From IMG/VR virus record IMGVR_UViG_3300033145_000529, positions 64,001 through 128,000 of that record: a stretch of DNA of 64,000 nt, one strand, 5' to 3'. A program made the translations under genes and the position numbers. Below the pieces are notes generated by a model. The model was not told the origin of the DNA. It was given only the letters and a program-made list of their open reading frames with translations, and did no database searches. Shown here piece after piece: positions 30,809-39,167 of the stretch (positions are counted from its first letter, which is position 1; each line of letters starts with the position of its first letter). The stretch comes from a virus.

Positions 30809-31041
30809 AGAGATTATTTATAGAGTGCTCCAGTTGTCATTATATAATCTTACCGAATCCAGAGAAGATTCCTGTACTTGTTGAAGTTTTGGACAGTAAT
30901 AAACTTTACAAGTGTAAGAACTGCGATACTGTGATGGATTTTTATTCTATCCATATTTGTTATAGAGACCTCACTGACGAATGTAACGATTGCAGATTCC
31001 GTTTCTTATGTTACACAAACGATGCCACAAAAAAGGCTTGA
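30805..31041 (+). CDS. Zn-ribbon protein with C-terminal CxxCxxRFxCYT motif
   Basis: CNDCRFRFLCYT. Confidence 0.65.
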   Translation: MKRLFIECSSCHYIILPNPEKIPVLVEVLDSNKLYKCKNCDTVMDFYSIHICYRDLTDECNDCRFRFLCYTNDATKKA

Positions 31042-31066
31042 CTTATTGATTGGCTTATGATACAAT
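31035..31066 (+). promoter_or_regulatory. sigma70-type promoter
   Basis: GGC-TTGACT-N17-TACAAT with TG. Confidence 0.75.
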
Positions 31067-31083
31067 AGTAGGAGAAGTGGTAA

Positions 31084-31341
31084 ATGTTTAATAATATTAA
31101 GAATGCATATAGGGTTTTGACTAATAAATTATATGAACAATACGAACATCATGGAAGTGTTGTTTGGGTTAGAAAGGACTTAAAAGGTAAGCATAGAGAT
31201 TATTGTCTTTGTCATAGTTGCGAGAGGTTTAAACCCGCAGAAAAAAATTGTGTGACTGCTAATCTAGTGTTTGCTGTATGTAAAGAATGTGATATGGTTC
31301 TACCAGTTTGGGAATGCCCTTTCTTTGCTAAAAAGGCTTGA
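31084..31341 (+). CDS. Cys-rich hypothetical protein
   Basis: SD, follows promoter. Confidence 0.65.
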   Translation: MFNNIKNAYRVLTNKLYEQYEHHGSVVWVRKDLKGKHRDYCLCHSCERFKPAEKNCVTANLVFAVCKECDMVLPVWECPFFAKKA

Positions 31342-31366
31342 CAACTAGTCTTTTATGTGGTATAAT
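31335..31366 (+). promoter_or_regulatory. sigma70-type promoter
   Basis: GGC-TTGACA-N17-TATAAT with TG. Confidence 0.85.
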
Positions 31367-31377
31367 ATAAGTAGAGA

Positions 31378-31827
31378 ATGAAGAAATTAGTAAAATGTAT
31401 AGATTGTGGTGTGGAGAGGTTGGTAAGAATTAGGAATGGTAAACCTGTTCATGAAAGATGTTGTAAATGTTCAAACGAATTGAAAGCGATGTTTGGTGAG
31501 AGTAACCCTAATTGGAGGGGTGGACGTATTGAACACGATGGTTATACTATGATTAGGGTTTATCCTGAAGATAGGTTTTATTGTATGGTAAAATCAGAAT
31601 CATTTCCCTATGTTATGGAGCATCGTTTATTACTGGCTGAGTCTATTGGTAGACCATTGAGACCAGATGAGAAGGTTCACCATGATAATGAGCTACGGAA
31701 GGATAATAGAGTGGCTAACTTTGAATTGACAGATAATGGTGGTCATGCTGTCATTCATAATTTGGGGCATCATCCCAAAGCAAATCGGATTCCACCAAAT
31801 AATTTTGGTAAGAGGTACAATAAGTGA
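31378..31827 (+). CDS. HNH homing endonuclease
   Basis: NPNWRGG, YVMEHRL, VHHDNELRKDNRVANFEL. Confidence 0.85.
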   Translation: MKKLVKCIDCGVERLVRIRNGKPVHERCCKCSNELKAMFGESNPNWRGGRIEHDGYTMIRVYPEDRFYCMVKSESFPYVMEHRLLLAESIGRPLRPDEKVHHDNELRKDNRVANFELTDNGGHAVIHNLGHHPKANRIPPNNFGKRYNK

Positions 31828-32102
31828 AAATTAGTCAGGCATTACAAGCACAAAAAGCTCTCAATGCGGAGATTTCACACTTGAGAGGGTTAGAGTCCCA
31901 AAAAGCATGGTCGTATAGGTCATTAGAGACACCTAACGCTGAAATGAAATCAAATTTTGATTTTGACAAGAACCATGAGACCATCAAGAAACTGTCCCGT
32001 TTGCACACAAAGCTTGGACAGGCAATTTCGAGAACGAATCTTGAGTTGGACTGTATTGGTCTTGATGTAAAGGACCTTGTGGAACTGGGGGAGTGGATCT
32101 AA
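31824..32102 (+). CDS. DIP1984/septicolysin-like coiled-coil protein (tentative)
   Basis: MKISQAL..QK.L N terminus and L..AI..TN C terminus. Confidence 0.5.
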   Translation: MKISQALQAQKALNAEISHLRGLESQKAWSYRSLETPNAEMKSNFDFDKNHETIKKLSRLHTKLGQAISRTNLELDCIGLDVKDLVELGEWI

Positions 32103-32118
32103 AGTCTACTTCTCTACC

Positions 32119-32272
32119 AGCCTACTGATGGGGGAATTGTAGATTTTTGCACTGTTACAGTTATCTACTGTGTAGCACATCGGTAAAGAGGCGAAGCAGA
32201 AGGGTTTCTCGTGTATGCGTGTAATTGTGTATTCGTGTTTAGCGAGAATCTCTCTTCTTTCCACAGTAGGCT
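32119..32272 (+). ncRNA. putative structured ncRNA with 8-nt repeat loop
   Basis: closing stem AGCCTACTG/CAGTAGGCT; inner stem GGTTTCTCG/CGAGAATCT enclosing 4x YGTGTWWN. Confidence 0.6.
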
Positions 32273-32276
32273 CAAT

Positions 32277-32352
32277 GCGTCTATAGTGTTTAATGGTTTT
32301 AGCACATCACGCTTCCAACGTGATAGTCAGAGTTCGAATCTCTGTAGACGCT
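32277..32352 (+). tRNA. tRNA-Gly(TCC)
   Basis: cloverleaf; anticodon loop CTTCCAA. Confidence 0.92.
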
Positions 32353-32356
32353 CGAA

Positions 32357-32836
32357 ATGATTGGAGCAGTAGGTTATTGGGAGTCAAATGAGCGAAGTCC
32401 CTTTTCTGGTCGAATAGCGGATTTTGGACGTTGGGTTAATCAGTTGTATGCCTTTGGGCTAGATGCATTGCTTCTAATTGGAGCTGAGGGAGCAAAAACA
32501 CTTGGGTCAGTACAATCTGGTGCAGTTGTTGTCAGTTGGATGCAAAAATTAGAAGAAGCATCAATTACTTATCCCCAAGCAACAAGGGTTTTTGTGGAGC
32601 ACAGAGGAATAATTCCAGGAGATATCAAGTATGAATTTCTCCATAATTTTAATCATCCACAAGGAGATGTAATTTATTTCTTTGGTGCGGATTCAATGGT
32701 AACTGGTTTACCTGTAATTACAAAAAAAGATAAAGTTGTAACTATTTCATATCCGCATGAGGATGTCGCTCTATATGCTCAAGAGGCGTTGACTTGTGTC
32801 TTATATGATAGGATGGTAAAGAGTTTAAGTGGTTAA
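32357..32836 (+). CDS. SPOUT-fold RNA methyltransferase-like protein
   Basis: L..F.HP..DVIYFFG.DS..GL...V.I...LYA.EA...VLYDR (SpoU/TrmL-like). Confidence 0.65.
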   Translation: MIGAVGYWESNERSPFSGRIADFGRWVNQLYAFGLDALLLIGAEGAKTLGSVQSGAVVVSWMQKLEEASITYPQATRVFVEHRGIIPGDIKYEFLHNFNHPQGDVIYFFGADSMVTGLPVITKKDKVVTISYPHEDVALYAQEALTCVLYDRMVKSLSG

Positions 32837-33113
32837 AAGGTTGAAAGAAATCCAAATTCGACCTAAAATAGCGGAACATGACTTCCAAACTAAGCTTCGT
32901 GCAATAAGAAGAATTTTGACCAGGAGCGAGGTTAAAGTTCAAATTTTCTTTCGTGGCAGGGAATTTACTCACCTCGAAATTGGAATTAATCTATTGCGTA
33001 GAGTTATCGAAGAGACTAGGGATATCGCTAAGGTAAAGGCAAGGCACGAGAAGGACAACCGATTTTTTATTATTTTGGTGTCCAATGGTCAAGAAACCTT
33101 GCGAACAGTATGA
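32829..33113 (+). CDS. infC: translation initiation factor IF3, C-terminal domain only
   Basis: LKEIQIRPKIAEHDFQTKL...VKVQIFFRGRE. Confidence 0.85.
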   Translation: MVKRLKEIQIRPKIAEHDFQTKLRAIRRILTRSEVKVQIFFRGREFTHLEIGINLLRRVIEETRDIAKVKARHEKDNRFFIILVSNGQETLRTV

Positions 33114-33405
33114 AATAGATAAGAGTATTTGTCCCGAACCTGGGAATTGTTTTAAGTGCCAAATTAGTAAGGCAGATTGTTCTTATTGGTGGATGGTGGA
33201 AGCTATGAGTGTTGTATCTGAGCAGTATTTTTATAAATGTAATAATTGTGGTGAGTTTTTTAGTAGTTCACAAAAAGTGAAATCACCTGGTGCTTTGCTA
33301 TCACTTCCTGGAGCATTTGTTAAATGTCCCAAATGTGGGAGCAAGGATATAGATGAAAGTGAGGATATAGATGACAAACCATCTAGTGACCATACTTGGG
33401 GGTAA
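33085..33405 (+). CDS. Zn-ribbon protein
   Basis: YKCNNCG...KCPKCGS. Confidence 0.55.
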   Translation: MVKKPCEQYEIDKSICPEPGNCFKCQISKADCSYWWMVEAMSVVSEQYFYKCNNCGEFFSSSQKVKSPGALLSLPGAFVKCPKCGSKDIDESEDIDDKPSSDHTWG

Positions 33406-33412
33406 GATAATT

Positions 33413-33745
33413 ATGGGTGTTTATGATATGTTACCAAAAGGTAGTCAAGTAAAACTTTGGTCTAGCGAGATGGAAATCAAACGAGTAGGAGACGCTGTTC
33501 CCGATTATGGTTTGGATAGGTATGCTGTTCTTCTACGTGAGGGTGGTCATGTTCTGGTGGAAAAAGGTACAATCACCAAGATTATAGAAAACCATGGAAG
33601 GAAATATTACTACCCCGAAGATTTCCCCAACATTATCTGTTTTGATAAATGGGGATGTGAAATAGGTTCTCGTAGTGATTTAATTGGACAATTCCAAGGA
33701 ATGATGGGAATGGATGACCCATATTATTTTAGGAGTAAAGAGTGA
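33413..33745 (+). CDS. hypothetical protein
   Basis: MGVYD start; operonic. Confidence 0.6.
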   Translation: MGVYDMLPKGSQVKLWSSEMEIKRVGDAVPDYGLDRYAVLLREGGHVLVEKGTITKIIENHGRKYYYPEDFPNIICFDKWGCEIGSRSDLIGQFQGMMGMDDPYYFRSKE

Positions 33746-34158
33746 AATACTGGTCTAATGTTTGCGTTGAAGGTCATTGTTTTGGAGAACAGGATAAAAA
33801 CGGGAATAACCCATGTGGTAGGAGTGTTCCCTCATCTTTCTGTCTTGGCAATGGGAGAACTAAAGTTTGCCCTCATTTTGCTTGGTCTGATGCTACTGAG
33901 CGTGATGTAGCACGCTTTGTTCGTATCCGCTATATACTAAAGGATAGAATGGGTATATGGGCTGAGGAAGTCTGGTGTGAGCTACAATGGTGGTTTTGGG
34001 ATAGGCTTTGGTTCAACAGACGCAAAGTTGATGAATTTTTTAACAATATAAAAGTAATTGATGACAATGACCCTTGTAGGCAAAGTTGGAAAGAGGAAGA
34101 ACGTAAACAGCAAGAGAAATTCGAGAAGTGGTTTCCAAAGGCTAAGAAAGAGTGGTAA
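33742..34158 (+). CDS. hypothetical protein
   Basis: GTGA overlap. Confidence 0.6.
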   Translation: MKYWSNVCVEGHCFGEQDKNGNNPCGRSVPSSFCLGNGRTKVCPHFAWSDATERDVARFVRIRYILKDRMGIWAEEVWCELQWWFWDRLWFNRRKVDEFFNNIKVIDDNDPCRQSWKEEERKQQEKFEKWFPKAKKEW

Positions 34159-34164
34159 ATTGTA

Positions 34165-34428
34165 ATGCCTATTTATGAGTACATTTGTAGTGGGTGTGGT
34201 AAAGAGTTTGAGGAGAGAGTGACTGAATTTAAACCATTGGGTCGTTGCCCATTCTGCAAAAGAAGTAAACTGAGGCAAAAATGGTCTGTTCCAACTGCTA
34301 TCTACAGAGGTTCTGGGTTTGCTACCACAGAAGCTAGGGGTATAACTGGTAGAAAGCGTAGACCGAACATAAGAGTTGGAAATGTGAGTGATTTACCATC
34401 AGAGGAACGAGAGAAGTGTGTTGGATAA
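34165..34428 (+). CDS. FmdB-family zinc ribbon protein
   Basis: MPIYEYICSGCG..FE...CPFC...Y.GSGF. Confidence 0.85.
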   Translation: MPIYEYICSGCGKEFEERVTEFKPLGRCPFCKRSKLRQKWSVPTAIYRGSGFATTEARGITGRKRRPNIRVGNVSDLPSEEREKCVG

Positions 34429-35002
34429 ATGGAAGGTAAGTCTAGTTTTAGTAGAAGGTGATGTTCAACGTAAATTAGTTAAGTCAATTATTGAGAATTA
34501 TCATTCTTACATTCCAACATATAAGTCAGTTGGTAGAAGGATTGATTGGCTTATTTTATATGATAATGAGATTATAGGAATGATAGGAATTGGGTCATCT
34601 ACTTACCCACCATCAAAGGATTTATTAGCTTATTTAAATGTGTCCAAGTCTGAATATAGAAATTTATTTAATACTATTGCTAATAATTGGAGATTTTGTT
34701 TAATTAAACAAATAAAGAATATTGGAACAGTTATACTAAAGAAACTAAGAAGACTTGCACCCATAGAGTGGAAAAAGAAGTATGGGAATGATTTGAAATA
34801 TTTAACAACTTTTGTTGGTGGTGGACATAATGGTGCTGTCTATAGAGCTGATAATTGGAGCTTTATTGGACAAACATCTGGACTTCCTCCTCACAAAAGT
34901 AGCTCGATGAAATGGAATTCAGCGAAGGAACTAAAGACTTTGTTTGTAAAACCTACGGGTGAGAATAAAAAATTAATTTTTATAACAACGCTATCAAAGT
35001 GA
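34418..35002 (+). CDS. DUF4338 (DruA/Mom-related GNAT-like) protein, short form
   Basis: YHSY..VGRR, NNWRFCL, W..KYG, TFV, GAVYRADNW.FIG.T.G. Confidence 0.7.
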   Translation: MLDKWKVSLVLVEGDVQRKLVKSIIENYHSYIPTYKSVGRRIDWLILYDNEIIGMIGIGSSTYPPSKDLLAYLNVSKSEYRNLFNTIANNWRFCLIKQIKNIGTVILKKLRRLAPIEWKKKYGNDLKYLTTFVGGGHNGAVYRADNWSFIGQTSGLPPHKSSSMKWNSAKELKTLFVKPTGENKKLIFITTLSK

Positions 35003-35147
35003 GAAGTGTAAAAAGCAAGAATTACTAGAGGCTAAGGAAGAATATAAAAAGCTCAAAAGCCTTCACAAGTATGCTACGAGAGAAGTTAATTGAAGCACAG
35101 AAACCTTAGATAGTTTGTTGTAAGTAACCAATATGTGCCCGTGATTA

Positions 35148-35179
35148 GGCTTGACATCCTGCTTGGCTTGTGGTATAAT
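35148..35179 (+). promoter_or_regulatory. sigma70-type promoter
   Basis: GGC-TTGACA-N17-TATAAT with TG. Confidence 0.85.
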
Positions 35180-35216
35180 AAAGGTAGAATTAGAGTATTC
35201 TAACTAAAGGAAAGGA

Positions 35217-35477
35217 ATGGAAATGATGGAACTTTTGGAAACCAAAAATAAAAACTATGACCAAGTATTATTTAAAGTGGTTGCAGATGCAAAGGTATGT
35301 TTAGTATGCCAAAGACTTCTAACTTTTGACCATTTTAGTAATGATAAGTCACGTACCAGAGATGGTCATAAGACAATTTGTGCAGATTGTATGAAAAAGG
35401 GTATCAAACATTATGACCCACTTGACCATGAAACACAGATAATTATTGCCAGGAAGTACTGTAGAACAAATGAATGA
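35217..35477 (+). CDS. Zn-finger protein
   Basis: CLVC...F...DG...CADC; strong SD. Confidence 0.6.
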   Translation: MEMMELLETKNKNYDQVLFKVVADAKVCLVCQRLLTFDHFSNDKSRTRDGHKTICADCMKKGIKHYDPLDHETQIIIARKYCRTNE

Positions 35478-36412
35478 ATAAGGATAAATTGCGAGAAAAA
35501 TTACTGGTTGCCAAGGGGCAGTACGTAGATAAAAATGCGGACAGATTGGTCAAGATAAAACCTATTTGGGATAAGGTTCAGTCCGCTGTCCCCAAAGTCG
35601 AGGCATTAGAGCCGTATATTGAGTTTTGTACTAATAATGATTTGTGGTGGTATGGTAGAGTATCTGTAAGTAGTGCCCCATTGTCTGGTGAGGTGGGTAG
35701 GCGTATTCATTATCTTGTTCGTGATAAGAAAACAGGATTTATCCTTGGGGTTGTTGGGTTAGCCTCTGATTTAACTATTCCTATTAGAGATAAATATATT
35801 GGTTGGACAAATGATAACAAGTGGAAGGGTAAACGTATGAATTATCTAATGAATGTCCAACATTGCGTGGCAACTCCAGAACTAAGCAATTATTTAACTG
35901 GCAAATTGTGTGCCCTATCTGTTTTGAGTAGTGAAGTACAAGGTTATTTTGAACAAAAATATAGTCACCCTCTTGCTATGATGACGGTAACTTCCTTGTT
36001 TGGTAAGAGTTCTATGTATAATAGATTAGAAGGGTTTGAGTATCTTGGGACAACAAAAGGTTATTCATCTATACTTATTCCCCTTGAAGTAAAACAACAA
36101 ATGCGGGATGATTATAAACGAGAAAAAGGTAAATATTCAGAAATCTATTACAATGAAGATGGTTCAGTCCGTGAAAAATATGGGGTCGTAAAAGGTTACC
36201 AAAAACTTTCTAAGTATGGGAAGGTTCAAAGCGTAGAGAATTTTCGTGGGGTATACGTTATTCCTCTATCGTTTAACTATAGAGAATTCTTACGGCAAGA
36301 AACTGATAAGTTGAACAAGATTGAACATAAAACATTTGAAGAATTATTTATTTATTGGAAAGATAGATGGATGCTACCACGATACCAAAGAATAGTTAAT
36401 GGCGAAATATGA
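35474..36412 (+). CDS. DUF4338 (Druantia DruA-like) protein, long form
   Basis: GRRIHYLVRD, RD.YIGW, GKL.AL, TSLFG.SS.YNRL, LG.T.GY. Confidence 0.78.
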   Translation: MNKDKLREKLLVAKGQYVDKNADRLVKIKPIWDKVQSAVPKVEALEPYIEFCTNNDLWWYGRVSVSSAPLSGEVGRRIHYLVRDKKTGFILGVVGLASDLTIPIRDKYIGWTNDNKWKGKRMNYLMNVQHCVATPELSNYLTGKLCALSVLSSEVQGYFEQKYSHPLAMMTVTSLFGKSSMYNRLEGFEYLGTTKGYSSILIPLEVKQQMRDDYKREKGKYSEIYYNEDGSVREKYGVVKGYQKLSKYGKVQSVENFRGVYVIPLSFNYREFLRQETDKLNKIEHKTFEELFIYWKDRWMLPRYQRIVNGEI

Positions 36413-36588
36413 ATGGAACTAAAGTTACAGAAAATGAAGTTAAGTTGTGGCAACAAAAAGCAGATGAGGGTTTATCTGCCAGGAAGATAGGTAACCTCTT
36501 TGGCAGACAACATAGTACAGTTCTTTCTTATGTTGACATCCCCAAAGAAAATTCAGTGCTACATCAAGCACATCGTGGTACGCATTAG
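36409..36588 (+). pseudogene. truncated HTH leader of a homing endonuclease
   Basis: MNGTKVTENEVKLW...FGR..STV resembles the HTH at 38339. Confidence 0.45.
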
Positions 36589-36729
36589 TCTAAATATGCT
36601 GATATGAGTGAGGAAGAAATCGAAGTAACTACTTTCGGTGAAACCGAAAAGCAGTTTATCAGATATACGGTTTGTGGTCGTGGTGAGGTAATTGACGAAC
36701 CTCATAGATGTGGTTTCTACGATTAACGG

Positions 36730-36969
36730 AACGGAAGTAGTTAATATATACAAATGTAAGGACAAATTATATTTACATAGGGTGTGGTTCTCCTTTTGGT
36801 AACCCACTTGTTGTTGGCAAAGATGGGACAAGAGGAGAAGTCATAGAGAAGTATAGGAGTTACTTTAAGGGTAAACTTGAAGACCCGATGTTTGCACTTA
36901 TGGTTTCTCGTTTGTAAACCACAAGCTTGTCATGGAGATGTTATAAAGGAATATTTGGATGGTTCTTAG
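36730..36969 (+). pseudogene. DUF4326-family remnant
   Basis: YIG.GSPFGNP..VG.DGTR.EVI.KY...KP.ACHGDVI in shifted frames. Confidence 0.6.
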
Positions 36970-37765
36970 CATAAGAGAGCATGATAAAGTTGAGTGTATT
37001 GATTTTGTTCAGGCTCATCATTATTCAAAAGTAATGCCAAAGTTAACTAAACACTATTTAGGTTTGTTCAATGGTGAGGAGCTTGTGGGGGTTGTTACGT
37101 TAGGATGGGGGACTCAACCATTAGCTACTATTAATAAGCTATTTCCTGGTTACACTACTAAAGATTACTATGAGCTTGGCAAACTATGTGTTCACGATAA
37201 AATGCCACGCAATACAGAAAGTCAGTATATTTCACTTCTGATTAAATGGTTGAAAGATAACACCGATAAGAAATTGCTTTACACGTTAGCTGATGGGGTT
37301 GTTGGAAAGGTAGGATATGTTTATCAAGCTAGTAATTTCTATTATGGTGGGTTCTTTTGGACTGATGTTTATATCGGGGTAGATGGCGAAAAGATTCATC
37401 CTAGATCCGCAAGACAATTATGTAAAGAAAATGCTGAATTTGTGGGTAAGGATATGGTGTTCTGGTTAACTCCTGAGTATATGCAGGTGAAGGGGATAAG
37501 AAGGATAAGAGGAAAGATGTATCGTTATGTTTATCCTCTTAATAAGAAAATTAGAAAAGAAGTAGAGGCAAGAGGATGGAATAGGGAGTATCCTAAAGAT
37601 GGCTCATTGGTGTGGAGAGAACAAGTAGCAAAAAATAAGTATGTGGTATTACCTGAAATTCCACAATTTGCATTAGATGTAGTTAATGTTAATGCTAACA
37701 ATGTCAATAGGCATAGGAAGGAGAGGAGAGGACGTGAGAAAAATAATTGGTTACCATTATACTAA
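36959..37765 (+). CDS. Mom-family DNA adenine modification enzyme (GNAT-like)
   Basis: HHYS, YELGKLC, PRNTESQYIS, TLAD, GYVYQASNF.Y.G. Confidence 0.78.
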   Translation: MVLSIREHDKVECIDFVQAHHYSKVMPKLTKHYLGLFNGEELVGVVTLGWGTQPLATINKLFPGYTTKDYYELGKLCVHDKMPRNTESQYISLLIKWLKDNTDKKLLYTLADGVVGKVGYVYQASNFYYGGFFWTDVYIGVDGEKIHPRSARQLCKENAEFVGKDMVFWLTPEYMQVKGIRRIRGKMYRYVYPLNKKIRKEVEARGWNREYPKDGSLVWREQVAKNKYVVLPEIPQFALDVVNVNANNVNRHRKERRGREKNNWLPLY

Positions 37766-37937
37766 TAAGGAACTTCTTAACTTTTTTGGGATCGGTGAGG
37801 ATTACGTTATACGAAGTGTTTTGGTGATAGAGGCAGATGATGATGAATCTGCTTCATATTGGTCAATAGAGGCAACGATTGAGGAAGTACCTAAGCGAAG
37901 GGGGAAGAGTAAGGAGAGGGTATGTTCGGGGCAATAG
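37734..37937 (+). CDS. hypothetical protein
   Basis: SD + GTG. Confidence 0.5.
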   Translation: MRKIIGYHYTNKELLNFFGIGEDYVIRSVLVIEADDDESASYWSIEATIEEVPKRRGKSKERVCSGQ

Positions 37938-38920
37938 GTACAATAACAGTTCTCTGTTTAGCGTTTGGGTTGGTTGCTTATTTTGCAATTAAGTATATTC
38001 GTGAAGTTGCGAAGGTAAGAACTATTGAGCAAGAACATCGGATTGACATAAGAGAGCAACGAACAGATGCGGTTAAGAGGAGTCGTTCAGTAATCGAGGG
38101 GCAAGTGGCAGAACAACTTGTACCGCATTTCCCTGAGTGGAAATATGTTCCTTCAGAAGCCAGATTTCTAGCATCACCCCTTGATTACGTTGTTTTCGAG
38201 GGGTTGTCTAAGGATGAAGTAGATAGTATTAAATTTGTTGAAGTTAAAACTGGTAAAGGTAAACCAAACAAACGCCAAATTAGTACGAGAAAAGCGATTG
38301 AGGATGGTAGAGTAGGTTATGAATTATTAGAGGTAGATATGAATGGCAAACCTGTAAAACAAGATGAAATAGATTTATGGATTGATAGAGCTAGTGTTGG
38401 AAAAACTATTGATGAGGTATCATTAGAATTTGGCAGAAGTACAGCAACAATATATAAGTATGTGCCAAAGGGGGTTTTTAATTCCAGTGGTGGACTGCGG
38501 AATGGTAAGAAGGTAATTTTATCTGACATTGATTCTGCTTATTTGGCTGGTATTATAGATGGGGAAGGTAGTATTGGGTTGTCTAAGTTAAACAGAAAAG
38601 GTAGAACATTTATTAGTCCAGTAATAACTATAACAAACACTAGCAAAAATTTAGTTGATAAAGTGTCATCAATCTATCCTAATGGCACTTGGAGAACGAG
38701 GCAGAGGTCGTACAAGAATAAACCTATTAACGAATGGGTGTTAAATAAGACTAATAATGTAGCAGATTTGCTTCAACAAATAATACCTCATTTATCTGCT
38801 AAATTAGACAAAGCTAATTTGGTTTTAGATTTTTGTAAATATAGGCAAGAGAAAAAACCCTATTCAGAGATAGATTTGGAGTTTTTCAATAAACTTGAGG
38901 AGATTAAAAATGAGAAATAG
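37922..38920 (+). CDS. membrane-anchored Holliday-resolvase-like nuclease fused in frame to HTH-LAGLIDADG endonuclease
   Basis: RSRSVI.GQ..EQL.P, P.DYVVF, FVEVKTG; then AYLAGIIDGEGSI; internal GAGGT+ATG at 38339. Confidence 0.8.
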   Translation: MFGAIGTITVLCLAFGLVAYFAIKYIREVAKVRTIEQEHRIDIREQRTDAVKRSRSVIEGQVAEQLVPHFPEWKYVPSEARFLASPLDYVVFEGLSKDEVDSIKFVEVKTGKGKPNKRQISTRKAIEDGRVGYELLEVDMNGKPVKQDEIDLWIDRASVGKTIDEVSLEFGRSTATIYKYVPKGVFNSSGGLRNGKKVILSDIDSAYLAGIIDGEGSIGLSKLNRKGRTFISPVITITNTSKNLVDKVSSIYPNGTWRTRQRSYKNKPINEWVLNKTNNVADLLQQIIPHLSAKLDKANLVLDFCKYRQEKKPYSEIDLEFFNKLEEIKNEK

Positions 38921-39167
38921 ATGGTTTAGGAGAACATTTGGGATTGGTAGAGGACAAATGGTTATGTTACAAGGGGTAGACCAATTTGGTATGCCGAGGT
39001 GTTCCTTCTCTCAAGGTACAGGCAAAAATCAAGGAGATAAACCAGGGGTGGGTCCTGGTGGCAAGTGTGTTTGTCCCGATTGTGGAGCAAAGGTTGCACA
39101 TACTGTAAATACTCCTTGTAATCAAATGAAATGCCCTAAATGTGGGGCTACTATGACAAGGGAATAA
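38910..39167 (+). CDS. small Cys-rich protein (GPGGxCxCPxCG type)
   Basis: GPGGKCVCPDCG...PC...CPKCGATMTRE. Confidence 0.65.
   Translation: MRNRWFRRTFGIGRGQMVMLQGVDQFGMPRCSFSQGTGKNQGDKPGVGPGGKCVCPDCGAKVAHTVNTPCNQMKCPKCGATMTRE

Noticed and set aside
34418-36412. Complete Druantia defence system
   Set aside because: Only DUF4338 genes are present; there is no DruE helicase or other partner
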